From positions 1 through 64,000 of the forward strand of contig CAXHZO010000002.1 in the NCBI GenBank assembly GCA_964022095.1: 64,000 nucleotides of DNA, in the 5' to 3' direction. Origin of the DNA: an uncultured Arcobacteraceae bacterium (GTDB taxonomy: Bacteria; Campylobacterota; Campylobacteria; Campylobacterales; Arcobacteraceae). The notes under the pieces are model-generated. The model saw nothing but the letters and a program-made list of their open reading frames with translations, was not told where the DNA came from and made no database searches. The translations under genes were made by a program, and so were the position numbers. This document shows, piece after piece, positions 39,832-49,733 of the stretch. Position 1 is the stretch's first letter; every line of letters starts with the position of its first letter.

Positions 39832-40558
39832 TATATTTCAAGATGAAGAAATTTTTAGTTTTAAAAAACTAAAAAATCAAGGATTTTGTAATATTAACTA
39901 TCATTTAAAAACTTCTAAAAAATCTTATGTTTTAAGGGAGTTTATAAGTGATAAAACTGTAAATATTAGTAGAAACTTTGAGTTTAAAGTTCAAAAAAAA
40001 GCTTTTAAAAAAGGTATTGCTGCAAAGCCTATTTACTTAGACAAAGACAAAAGATTTATGATATATGAATTTTTAGATGGAAAGCATAAAGAAGAGTTAA
40101 ATAAAAATGAATTAAAAACTTTGATGAAAACAGTAAAAAAGCTTCATAAAATCAAAATCAAATCAAAGCAAACCAATTTAAAAAAAGAGCTAAAAAATTA
40201 TACATACTTAAAAACTAATCAAGCAAAAAAAAGCTTGTCTATTTGTAAAAAAGAGTTAAAAAACTTAGACAAATATAATAAAAATATAGTTATATGTCAC
40301 CATGACTTAAATCCCAAAAATATTTTATTTACTAAAAACACAATAAAACTTATTGATTGGGAATATGCAGGATTAAATGATAGTTTTTTTGATTTAGCAA
40401 CAATTTGTTATGAATTTGATTTAAGTAAAAAAGAGCAAAAATATCTATTAAAACAGTATTTAAAACAATACACAAAAAAAGATATTTTGAAGCTAAATTC
40501 ATATATTAAAATCTATAAACATATTTGTAAACTATGGTTTTTAAGTTTAGATGTTTAA
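39803..40558 (+). CDS. Choline/thiamine kinase-like phosphotransferase
   Basis: CHHDLNPKNI, LIDWEYAG, FFDLA; overlaps pnuC. Confidence 0.82.
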   Translation: MTLEKLKQYNIFQDEEIFSFKKLKNQGFCNINYHLKTSKKSYVLREFISDKTVNISRNFEFKVQKKAFKKGIAAKPIYLDKDKRFMIYEFLDGKHKEELNKNELKTLMKTVKKLHKIKIKSKQTNLKKELKNYTYLKTNQAKKSLSICKKELKNLDKYNKNIVICHHDLNPKNILFTKNTIKLIDWEYAGLNDSFFDLATICYEFDLSKKEQKYLLKQYLKQYTKKDILKLNSYIKIYKHICKLWFLSLDV

Positions 40559-40578
40559 ATGCAGGATAATTTATAAAA

Positions 40579-43092
40579 ATGAATAAGCTACCAATAAATG
40601 ATGTCTTAGATGATATAAAAGAAACACTAAATCAAAACTCTACTTTGGTTTTACAAGCACCACCAGGGGCTGGTAAAAGTACGCTTGTTCCTATTTCATT
40701 ACTAAAAGAGACGTGGTTAGGTGATAAGATGATTATCATGCTAGAACCAAGAAGAGTAGCAGCTCGTATGGTAGCATCCCAAATGGCAAAACTACTTGGA
40801 GAAGAAGTAGGTCAAAGTGTTGGTTATCAAGTCAAAATGGAGAGTTGTTTTTCAAAAGAGACAAAACTACTAGTTGTCACTGAAGCAATATTAGTGCGTA
40901 AACTTCAAAGTGACCAAGCTTTAGAAGATGTGGCTATGATAATCTTTGATGAATTTCATGAAAGAAGTATTCATACTGATTTATCACTAGCTTTATCTTT
41001 GCAAGTTCAAGAGTTACTAAGAGATGATTTAAAACTTTTGATTATGTCAGCAACGCTAAATTCACAGCAGTTGGTAAATCTTTTGGGTGAAGTACCTGTT
41101 ATTAGCTCCAAAGGTAAGTCATATCATGTTCAAAATATATATTTAGAACCAAATATCAAACAACCTGATTTTAAAAGTATAAATGCACTTTTATATGATA
41201 CAACACTAAAAGCTCTAAAAGAAGATGAAGGGGACATATTAGTTTTTTTAGCAGGAGCAAAAGAGATTAGAACTCTTCAAAATGTATTAGAAGAGAAATT
41301 AAAAGATGAAGATATTGAAGTTCTTCCTTTGTATTCTGCTTTAAGTAAAGAAGCTCAAGATAAGGCAATAGGAACATTAACTAAAAGAAAAATAATACTC
41401 TCAACAAACATCGCTCAAACTTCACTTACAATTTCTGGTGTTAAAGTAGTGATTGACTCAGGCTTAGAAAAGCAGTCACTTTACAATTATTCAACAGCAA
41501 TGAATCATCTAAATCTAGCATTTATCTCAAATGATAGTGCTATTCAAAGAGCAGGGCGAGCAGGAAGATTAAGTAGTGGAAAGTGCTATAAACTTTGGCA
41601 TGAAAAAAAGATACTTCAAGACTCTACGAAACCAGAGATTTTAAGAAGCGATTTGAGTTCGTTTTTTTTAGAGATAGCTTTATGGGGAATAGAAGATATA
41701 AAAGAGCTAAAGTTCTTGGATTACCCTTTAAAAGAAATTGAGCAAAGCACTAAAAAGATACTTCAAGAACTAAAGATGTTAGATGATGATTTTGAAATAA
41801 CTAATCTTGGAAAAAAGTCATTATCCCTTGGTGTTCATCCTAGGTTTGCTTTTATGATATTAAAAGCAAATGAGCTTGGATTTGCATATGAAACTTGTAT
41901 TTTAGCTTCAATGTTAAGTGAAAAGGATATTTTTAAAAACAGTTTTAATGATTCTAATATCTATTCTAGGTTTATTCATCTATATGAAAAAGATTTCAAT
42001 AGTTCTTTTATAAATACTTTTCTTGCAAAAAATATCTTAAAACAAGCACAGTTTTTCTATAAAAAACTAAAAGCTATAGAAGAGGTAAAAGTATCTAAAA
42101 AAAATATAGATGAAGAGACTCTTAGTATCATTTTACTTTTTGCATATCCTGATAGACTAGCAAAGCAAAGAAGTAAAAATGATAATAAATACAAACTAAG
42201 TAATGGCAAAGGTGCAATTTTAAACAATGAAGATAGTCTATTTAATGAAGCATTTTTAATAACACCAATGCTAAATGCCCAAAATAAAGATTCATATATA
42301 AATCAAGCCCTAAAAATATCACTAAACACAATAGAAGAGTATTTTAAAGAGTATATTCAAACAAAAGAATCAATCACTTACAATAAAGAGACGAAAAAAT
42401 TTGATATAAGAGAAGTTTGTAGTTTTTATGAACTAGAACTTTACTCAAAAGCAATATCTTCTAATGGTAAGCATAATTACTCAGATTTATTTTGTGATTT
42501 GATAAAAAAAGAGGGATTAGAGCTTTTAAATTGGAGTAAAAAAGCAATTGATTTAAAACACAGGGTTATTTTTATACATGAGCATATACCAAATGAATTA
42601 TCAAGTTTTAGTGATGAAGATTTAATAAATAGTTTAGATGTTTGGTTAAAGCCATATTTGACGGATATAAAAACTATGAAAGAGCTTGAAAGCTTAGATA
42701 TTTATACTATTTTATTATCTTCAATACCTTGGGAAAATCAACAATTAGTTGATACTTTAGCTCCAAGTCATATAAAAGTACCAAGTGGTTCAAGTATCAA
42801 AATTGATTATTCAAATACACAAACACCAATACTAGCAGTGAAAATACAAGAGATGTTTGGGATGAGTGATACTCCAAAAATATTAAATGGTCAAATTCCT
42901 CTTCAAGTTCATCTTTTAAGTCCAGCTTTAAGGCCTATTCAAATAACATATGATTTAAAAAGTTTTTGGGAAAATTCATATACTGAAGTTAAAAAAGAGT
43001 TGTTTTCAAAATATAAAAAACACTATTGGCCAGATAATCCATATGAGGCAATAGCTACAAATAAAACAAAAAAGAATATAAGGTTAATATAA
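40579..43092 (+). CDS. hrpB: ATP-dependent RNA helicase HrpB
   Basis: APPGAGKST, DEFHER, SAT, QRAGRAGR, C-terminal LLSPA.RPIQIT.DL.SFW, KHYWP. Confidence 0.95.
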   Translation: MNKLPINDVLDDIKETLNQNSTLVLQAPPGAGKSTLVPISLLKETWLGDKMIIMLEPRRVAARMVASQMAKLLGEEVGQSVGYQVKMESCFSKETKLLVVTEAILVRKLQSDQALEDVAMIIFDEFHERSIHTDLSLALSLQVQELLRDDLKLLIMSATLNSQQLVNLLGEVPVISSKGKSYHVQNIYLEPNIKQPDFKSINALLYDTTLKALKEDEGDILVFLAGAKEIRTLQNVLEEKLKDEDIEVLPLYSALSKEAQDKAIGTLTKRKIILSTNIAQTSLTISGVKVVIDSGLEKQSLYNYSTAMNHLNLAFISNDSAIQRAGRAGRLSSGKCYKLWHEKKILQDSTKPEILRSDLSSFFLEIALWGIEDIKELKFLDYPLKEIEQSTKKILQELKMLDDDFEITNLGKKSLSLGVHPRFAFMILKANELGFAYETCILASMLSEKDIFKNSFNDSNIYSRFIHLYEKDFNSSFINTFLAKNILKQAQFFYKKLKAIEEVKVSKKNIDEETLSIILLFAYPDRLAKQRSKNDNKYKLSNGKGAILNNEDSLFNEAFLITPMLNAQNKDSYINQALKISLNTIEEYFKEYIQTKESITYNKETKKFDIREVCSFYELELYSKAISSNGKHNYSDLFCDLIKKEGLELLNWSKKAIDLKHRVIFIHEHIPNELSSFSDEDLINSLDVWLKPYLTDIKTMKELESLDIYTILLSSIPWENQQLVDTLAPSHIKVPSGSSIKIDYSNTQTPILAVKIQEMFGMSDTPKILNGQIPLQVHLLSPALRPIQITYDLKSFWENSYTEVKKELFSKYKKHYWPDNPYEAIATNKTKKNIRLI

Positions 43093-43094
43093 AT

Positions 43095-43955
43095 TTGTCA
43101 GAAAAAATAAAATCAATAGACACAGGCGTACTTTTTATGCTTGCAAGTGCAGTTTTAGGGGCACTAAATGGAGCAGTTGCTAAATATTTATCTTCTGATA
43201 TGGATCCTTTAGAAATAGTTTTTTACAGAAATTTAATTGGTATAGTTATTGTTGTATTCACCTTAAAAAAATTTACTGTTTCATTTGATACTTCAAGAGT
43301 TCATCTACTTTTATTAAGAGGAGTTTTTGGAGCAACTGCAATGGTTTTGTTTTTTTATACAATTGCTACAATTCCCTTAGGAGAAGCAGTTGTCTTAAAT
43401 AGAACATCACCATTTTTTGTAACAATACTTGCATACTATTTAGTAAAAGAGAGTATTAATTTAAGAACATTTTTTGCACTTATAATTGGGTTTATCGGTA
43501 TTATATTTATTATGAAACCTTTTGGTGTTGAAATATCTTTTGAACATATATTAGGTGTCTTAGGCGGTTTTTTTGCAGCATGTGCTTATGCAACAATCAA
43601 AAAAATAAAAGATATCTATGATGCAAGATTAATTATGCTTTCATTTATGAGTGTTGGTATGTTAATTCCTTTAGGATTGTATTTATTTACTTCTATTGTG
43701 GAGTTTAAAATTTATACTGATCCTTTAATTTGGGCATTAATAGGATTTATGGCTTTTATTTCAACCGCTTCTCAATGGTTTATCACAAGAGCATATAGTT
43801 TAAGTAAAGCTAGTATTATTGGAGTTGTTAGTTATACAAATATTCCTTTTTCTATAGGTTTTGGTGTGATACTGGGAGATTTATTTCCTGATATGTATAC
43901 TTTTATTGGGATTACTTTAATTGTAATTGGTGGGATAATAGTTAGTAAAAAGTAA
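43095..43955 (+). CDS. DMT/EamA family transporter
   Basis: About 10 TM segments in two EamA halves. Confidence 0.85.
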   Translation: MSEKIKSIDTGVLFMLASAVLGALNGAVAKYLSSDMDPLEIVFYRNLIGIVIVVFTLKKFTVSFDTSRVHLLLLRGVFGATAMVLFFYTIATIPLGEAVVLNRTSPFFVTILAYYLVKESINLRTFFALIIGFIGIIFIMKPFGVEISFEHILGVLGGFFAACAYATIKKIKDIYDARLIMLSFMSVGMLIPLGLYLFTSIVEFKIYTDPLIWALIGFMAFISTASQWFITRAYSLSKASIIGVVSYTNIPFSIGFGVILGDLFPDMYTFIGITLIVIGGIIVSKK

Positions 43956-44035
43956 TTGAAGAATTTACTAACTATTGAATTTAGAAATATTTTCTGTTAG
44001 ACTTTGGCTTGTTAGATATTAACTAAGGAGAAAAA

Positions 44036-44347
44036 ATGATTAGAGTAAGTGTTTTATACCCAAATGGTGAAGATGTGAAGTTTGATATGGACTATTATTT
44101 AAATACTCATATCCCAATGGCAGGAGAACTAGTAGGTGATGCTTTAAAAGGTGCAAATATAGATCAAGGACTAGCAAATGGTATACCAGGTGAACCAATA
44201 GCATATGTAGTTATGACTCATCTTACATTTGAATCAGTTGAATCATTTCAAGAAGCTTTTTCACCCCATGCTGAAAAAATTATGGCAGATTTACCTAACT
44301 TTACTAATTCTAAGCCAATAATTCAAATAAGTGAAGCAAAAGTATAA
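44036..44347 (+). CDS. EthD family protein
   Basis: VLYP, FDMDYYLNTHIP, IMADLPNFTN. Confidence 0.88.
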   Translation: MIRVSVLYPNGEDVKFDMDYYLNTHIPMAGELVGDALKGANIDQGLANGIPGEPIAYVVMTHLTFESVESFQEAFSPHAEKIMADLPNFTNSKPIIQISEAKV

Positions 44348-44359
44348 CTAAAGTAAAAA

Positions 44360-45328
44360 ATGTCAGATTCAATTTTATATAAAAATATTGGTACTGAATT
44401 AAACTTAGGAAGCCTAAACTCAATTGAAACTATTCAAACCTTATGGAGTGGATATGGTCAGTTAGTTAGGCTAAGATTTGAAAAAAATAGTATCATTGTA
44501 AAACATATAAAGCTACCAAAAACAAGCTCTCATCCACAAGGGTGGAATACAAACTTATCACATAAAAGAAAACTAAAATCATATAAAGTAGAAGTAAACT
44601 GGTATGGAAACTTTTCAAAACAAAAAGATAAAAGATGTATTATTCCACAAGGTTTAAAAACTTTTCAAACTAAAAATGAGTGGCTTATAGTTATGGAAGA
44701 TTTGGCAACTCTTGGCTTTAACACAACTACTCTTGAAGCTTCAAAACAGCAAATTATATCTGCTCTTACATGGCTAGCAAATTTTCATGCTAAATACTTA
44801 AATACAAAAAGTGAAGTAGTTTGGGAAATAGGAACTTATTGGCATTTGGATACTAGACCTGATGAATTAGAAGTTTTAGATGATATTGAGCTTAAAAAAT
44901 ATGCAAAAAAAATTGATGAGGTACTAAATAATAGTAAATATAAAACTATAGTTCATGGTGATGCAAAGCTTGCAAATTTTTGTTTTACTGTTGATGGAAA
45001 ATCTTGTGCAGCAGTTGATTTTCAATATGTAGGGCATGGATGTGCTATGAAAGATGTTGTATATTTTATGAGTAGTGCAATACCACCACAAGATTGTGAA
45101 AAAATGCAACCGTGGCTTTTAGATACTTATTTTAAAGCCTTAAATGAAGCTATTAAATACTATAAACCCAATATAAATACAACAGATTTAGAAGATGAAT
45201 ACAGAGCGTTATTTGAGATTTCTTGGGCAGATTTTCAAAGATTTGTTAAAGGCTGGAATCCTAATCATTTTAAAATTAATTCATATACAGAAAATTTGAC
45301 AAAAAAAGCAATAAAACTTTTAAGCTAA
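44360..45328 (+). CDS. Phosphotransferase (APH/EcKinase-like)
   Basis: QTLWSGYG, HGDAKLANF, VDFQYVG. Confidence 0.85.
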   Translation: MSDSILYKNIGTELNLGSLNSIETIQTLWSGYGQLVRLRFEKNSIIVKHIKLPKTSSHPQGWNTNLSHKRKLKSYKVEVNWYGNFSKQKDKRCIIPQGLKTFQTKNEWLIVMEDLATLGFNTTTLEASKQQIISALTWLANFHAKYLNTKSEVVWEIGTYWHLDTRPDELEVLDDIELKKYAKKIDEVLNNSKYKTIVHGDAKLANFCFTVDGKSCAAVDFQYVGHGCAMKDVVYFMSSAIPPQDCEKMQPWLLDTYFKALNEAIKYYKPNINTTDLEDEYRALFEISWADFQRFVKGWNPNHFKINSYTENLTKKAIKLLS

Positions 45329-45364
45329 TTTTTTATGTTAAAATCCAAATAAAAAAGAATAAAA

Positions 45365-45931
45365 ATGTTTAAAACCAATGACTATTGGGAAGAAGAATTC
45401 CAAGACTTAGAAGAAAAAGATTTAGATGGTATTTATTTTGATAATTGTACTTTTATTAAGTGTGATTTCTCAAAAAGTATTATTAGTTCTTGTAAATTTA
45501 CTGAGTGTATTTTTATAAATTGTGATTTATCTTTATGTAGTTTAAAATCATCAACATTTAATGATGTTACATTTAAAAACTCAAAGATTATTGGAGTTTC
45601 TTGGAGTAACTGTCTTGAGCCTTTTGATGTTAGTTTTGAGAATTGTAATATTTCACAAAACTCTTTTCACTTACTTGATTTAAGACAAATGAGATTTATA
45701 GATTCTTTAATAAAAGATTGTGGCTTTGAACAGTGTAATTTAGAAAAGGCATTATTTGATAATTGTGATTTAGAATTAACTACATTTGTAAATAATAACC
45801 TAAAAAAGGCTAATTTTGAGACTTCTAAAAACTATTTAATTGATCCTAAATATAATGACCTAGAAAAAGCTCAATTTAGTTTACCAGAAGCTTTAAGTTT
45901 TTTAAGTTTATTACCTATAAAAATAAAATAA
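45365..45931 (+). CDS. Pentapeptide repeat protein
   Basis: Runs of (C/A)xFxx pentapeptides; C-terminal AQFSLPEALSFL. Confidence 0.9.
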   Translation: MFKTNDYWEEEFQDLEEKDLDGIYFDNCTFIKCDFSKSIISSCKFTECIFINCDLSLCSLKSSTFNDVTFKNSKIIGVSWSNCLEPFDVSFENCNISQNSFHLLDLRQMRFIDSLIKDCGFEQCNLEKALFDNCDLELTTFVNNNLKKANFETSKNYLIDPKYNDLEKAQFSLPEALSFLSLLPIKIK

Positions 45932-45937
45932 AGTTTT

Positions 45938-46327
45938 TTAGTTTTTTTTGAAAAATACTTTATAGTTTTTATAACAGTTTATGATTTCTAAAATCAAAAC
46001 AGCCAAAATACCCATAATCCAGTATAAAAGCCATTGACTTATCATTCCAATAAAACCATCTTCTGAAATATAATCCACTACTTGAAATATAAGAAAAATA
46101 GTTATTGTAGATTTTAAAGATAAATTATTTTTGTTAAAATCTATTAGTTGATAATCTTTTAATTTGATTTTGAAATATACAAATATTAGACTCAATGGAA
46201 TTAAAGCTAGTAAAAAAAGATACTCTTGTTTTATCATCTCAATTGTTTTTGCTTGACCAAATACATATAAGTAAACACTAAGTATGCCTATAAATGTGAA
46301 AAGAAAAATATATTGTGTTTTAATCAA
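45938..46327 (-). CDS. Hypothetical membrane protein
   Basis: About four hydrophobic segments. Confidence 0.65.
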   Translation of the reverse strand: MIKTQYIFLFTFIGILSVYLYVFGQAKTIEMIKQEYLFLLALIPLSLIFVYFKIKLKDYQLIDFNKNNLSLKSTITIFLIFQVVDYISEDGFIGMISQWLLYWIMGILAVLILEIINCYKNYKVFFKKN

Positions 46328-46463
46328 ATTTAAGTCCTATTTTAAAGGGAATTCTAACAGATATATTCTTAATGATTTAAAACTTCCCAATTTAACCCTT
46401 ATGTAAAAGTGTATGTGCTAATATTTCAATCGATTTTGACAATTATTTTTTATAGGGACAACA

Positions 46464-47756
46464 ATGAGATTTTTATTACTTCTTATACCTTTTATGATGT
46501 ATTCAGCTAATTTGAATTTTACATTATTTAAAAAAGAGGGTGAAGTTAAAGGTAATACATTACTAGTAATAGGTGGAATACATGGAAACGAACCTGGCGG
46601 ATATTTTGGTGCAGCTTTTTTAGAAAAATATTATGATATAAAAAGTGGTTCTCTTTGGCTTACTCCAAATTTAAATTTTGATAGCATAATTACCAATAAA
46701 AGAGGTATTTATGGTGATATGAATAGAAAATTTAGTGAGATTAAAAAAAGTGATAAAGATTATGAAATAGTTACAAAAGTTAAAGAGTATATCTTAAATG
46801 AAAAAGTAGATTTAGTATTAAACTTACATGATGGTTTTGGTTTTTATAGAAATAAATACGAAAATGCAATTTTTAATCCAAATGCATGGGGTCAAGCAAC
46901 TATTATAGATCAGGATAAAATTCATGGTCTTGAGAAGTTTGGTGATTTAGACAAAATTGCAAAAACTGTTAGTAAGAAGTTAAATGGCGATGATTTATAT
47001 CAAGACTATCACTCATTTGGGGTAAAGAATACAGAAACAAAATTTAAAGATGAACAACAACAATTATCTTTAACTTTTTTTGCGGTAACTCACAATAAAC
47101 CTGCATTTGCAATTGAAACAAGTAAAAATATCACTGATCTAACTCAAAAAGTAATATATCAACTAAAATCAATAGAAGAGTTTATGAATATTATGGGTAT
47201 TGAATTTGAAAGAAAATTTGATATAAATAATTATGAAGATGTTAAACAAAAAGTCTATGATTTTGAGAAGGTAGTAATAAACAATAATATAGAGTTATCA
47301 TTAAGTAATATAAATAAAACTTTGAGATATGTTCCTATGAAAAAAGATGATAATAAAATAGAATTTTCTCATGTTTTAGGTGCTTATTCTTATAAAAATG
47401 GCATTTACACTTTTCATATAGGAAATAAAAAAATATGCAATATCTATCCTCAATATTTCAAATTAGGGAAAAGTGAAAATCCTATAAAAATTGAAATTGA
47501 CGATAAAGTACAAGATGTAAAATTTGGATCACAAATAAATATTAAAGATCACTTTAAAATACTAAAAGACGGGTATAGAGTAAATATTATTGGATTTAGT
47601 AAAAGTGGGGTAGATAGTGAAGATGGTATCTTAATTCATAAAGATGATATTTTAAATAGATATTCAATTGATAAAGGTAATAAACAATATAGAGCAGAGT
47701 TTTATAAAGATGGTGATTTTTATGGGATGATTGTTCTTAATTTTGAGGATAAATAA
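46464..47756 (+). CDS. M99 family peptidoglycan carboxypeptidase (Pgp1/Csd4-like)
   Basis: GGIHGNEPGG, DMNRKF, LNLHDG, WGQ..IIDQ, AFAIETSK. Confidence 0.88.
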   Translation: MRFLLLLIPFMMYSANLNFTLFKKEGEVKGNTLLVIGGIHGNEPGGYFGAAFLEKYYDIKSGSLWLTPNLNFDSIITNKRGIYGDMNRKFSEIKKSDKDYEIVTKVKEYILNEKVDLVLNLHDGFGFYRNKYENAIFNPNAWGQATIIDQDKIHGLEKFGDLDKIAKTVSKKLNGDDLYQDYHSFGVKNTETKFKDEQQQLSLTFFAVTHNKPAFAIETSKNITDLTQKVIYQLKSIEEFMNIMGIEFERKFDINNYEDVKQKVYDFEKVVINNNIELSLSNINKTLRYVPMKKDDNKIEFSHVLGAYSYKNGIYTFHIGNKKICNIYPQYFKLGKSENPIKIEIDDKVQDVKFGSQINIKDHFKILKDGYRVNIIGFSKSGVDSEDGILIHKDDILNRYSIDKGNKQYRAEFYKDGDFYGMIVLNFEDK

Positions 47757-47758
47757 TT

Positions 47759-48463
47759 TTGAAAAAAGAGAAAATATATTTAATTCCTGGTTTCATGACA
47801 GATGAGAGACTATGGAGTCGAATTAAACCAATACTAGAACACAAATATGAATTAGTGCATATTCCTATCCCAAATACTGAAGATTTTGATGAGATGAATC
47901 AATGTATATTAGATGTAATAAAAGATGAGAAAATAAATATTTTAGGTTTTTCTTTAGGTGGTTATATTGCTTCTTATTTTAGTTTAAAATATCCCCATAA
48001 AGTAAATAAACTTTTCGTAGTTGCTGTTACTCCAAGTGCAACAAATAAAGAAGATGAACTTAGAAGAAAAGAAAAACTAGAAATCATAAAAAAAGATGGT
48101 TTCAAACCTTTAGGTTTTGAAAAGGCAAAATCATTAGTTGAGCCTAAAAATAAAGAAGATAATGAACTAATTCAAATAATTGAAGATATGTATAATGATT
48201 TTGGGATGGATGCTTTTATTACTCAAATGAATAGCACTTTTAATAGATTAGATCTATTTGAAGATTTAGATAAGTTAGATATTCCTGTTTGGTTTTTTGT
48301 AAGTTTAAATGATAGACTTTTAAATAAAGATTCATTAACAAAATTATTAACTAAACCAAAAAGATTAAATGTCATATCAAGAGAGGGAACAAGTCATAAT
48401 ATCCCTTTAGAAGAGCCACTTAAACTTTCAGAATATATCAAAAACTGGATGCAAGAAAGCTAA
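47759..48463 (+). CDS. Alpha/beta hydrolase (paralog of 38477-39178)
   Basis: IPGFMTDERLW, GFSLGG, TSHNIPLE. Confidence 0.85.
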   Translation: MKKEKIYLIPGFMTDERLWSRIKPILEHKYELVHIPIPNTEDFDEMNQCILDVIKDEKINILGFSLGGYIASYFSLKYPHKVNKLFVVAVTPSATNKEDELRRKEKLEIIKKDGFKPLGFEKAKSLVEPKNKEDNELIQIIEDMYNDFGMDAFITQMNSTFNRLDLFEDLDKLDIPVWFFVSLNDRLLNKDSLTKLLTKPKRLNVISREGTSHNIPLEEPLKLSEYIKNWMQES

Positions 48464-48529
48464 TATTTTTTTTGATATATTTAAGCTATTTTTTTTGGAT
48501 ACACTTTTAAAAAAATTCAAAGAGTTTAA

Positions 48530-49522
48530 ATGTTTAAAATATTTTTATTTACAATCCTTTTAATAAGTTTATCTTTTGGACATGGAATGTCTGATGCAGA
48601 AAAGCAAATCATTGTTGATGGTGGAAATTTACACTATATTTATATTGGTGCAGTTCATATGCTGTGGGGATTTGATCACCTTTTATTTGTATTGGGAATA
48701 ATATTCTTTTTACAAACTTTTAAAGATATAGTTAAATATATTACTGCTTTTACAATAGGCCATTCAATAACATTAATTCTTGCTACTTTTAATGCAATTG
48801 CAATTAATTATTACATCATAGATGCAATAATAGCTTTAAGTGTGTGTTTAATTGGAGTTATAAATTTAGGTTTATTAAAAAAGTATGTAGATTTTACTTC
48901 AAATAAGATGCTTACTTTAATATTTGGCTTAGGCCTTATTCATGGTTTAGGATTATCTACACGACTGCAACAACTACCTTTAAATCAAGATAATTTACTA
49001 CTTAATATTATCTCATTTAATATTGGTATTGAACTTGGCCAAATTGCTGCATTGGCAGTAATGTTAATATTAATTAATACTCTTCGTAAATCTAAAAACT
49101 TTAAGATTGTTTCAACAATTATAAACTCTTTAATTGTAATGGCAGGAATTTATTTCTTTATATATCAAGTAGTTGAATATAAAAATAATGTAAACTCTGG
49201 GAGAGATACTATAACTATAGTTATTCCAGCAAAGGGTGAAAAAGAGTATAAATTATGGCTAGAGACTGACAATAAACTACAATACTCTTGGAGTACTAAT
49301 CCAAAAACATCTATATATTTTGATTTTCATGGGGAACCAGCTGCTGATACAACGGGCTATTTTAAAAGCTATAAAGAGTCTACAAAAAGTGAAGATAAAG
49401 GAGAGTTAGTTGCTTCTTTTATAGGGACACATGGTTGGTATTGGAAAAATGAAAGTTCAAATAATATCACGATAAATCTAAATATAAATGGAACTTATAA
49501 GCGAATGGATAACTATAAATAG
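48530..49522 (+). CDS. HupE/UreJ family protein with extra C-terminal soluble domain
   Basis: HG after the signal, GFDHLLF, FTIGHSITL, HGLG, FNIGIELGQ; C-terminal FDFHGEP...GTHGWYWKN. Confidence 0.85.
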   Translation: MFKIFLFTILLISLSFGHGMSDAEKQIIVDGGNLHYIYIGAVHMLWGFDHLLFVLGIIFFLQTFKDIVKYITAFTIGHSITLILATFNAIAINYYIIDAIIALSVCLIGVINLGLLKKYVDFTSNKMLTLIFGLGLIHGLGLSTRLQQLPLNQDNLLLNIISFNIGIELGQIAALAVMLILINTLRKSKNFKIVSTIINSLIVMAGIYFFIYQVVEYKNNVNSGRDTITIVIPAKGEKEYKLWLETDNKLQYSWSTNPKTSIYFDFHGEPAADTTGYFKSYKESTKSEDKGELVASFIGTHGWYWKNESSNNITINLNINGTYKRMDNYK

Positions 49523-49733
49523 GCCTTATAAATGAATAGATATTCATTAGAAAAACTTATAAAAATAGAGATAAAATACTATCCTCTTTTAATATTATTA
49601 AAAAAATGTAACCTTTCTTAAGTGCTTTTATATAGGGATTTTTTAATATGTTATAAATGATTTTTTTTCAATGTTTTGTTAATGCTACGTTTAATTGATA
49701 TAATCCTGAAAAATTAGTTTTAGGATTGTATTC

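Noticed and set aside
49531-49548. Palindrome aatgaata-ga-tattcatt after the hupE-like gene
   Set aside because: Short and AT-only in an AT-rich background; cannot be distinguished from chance
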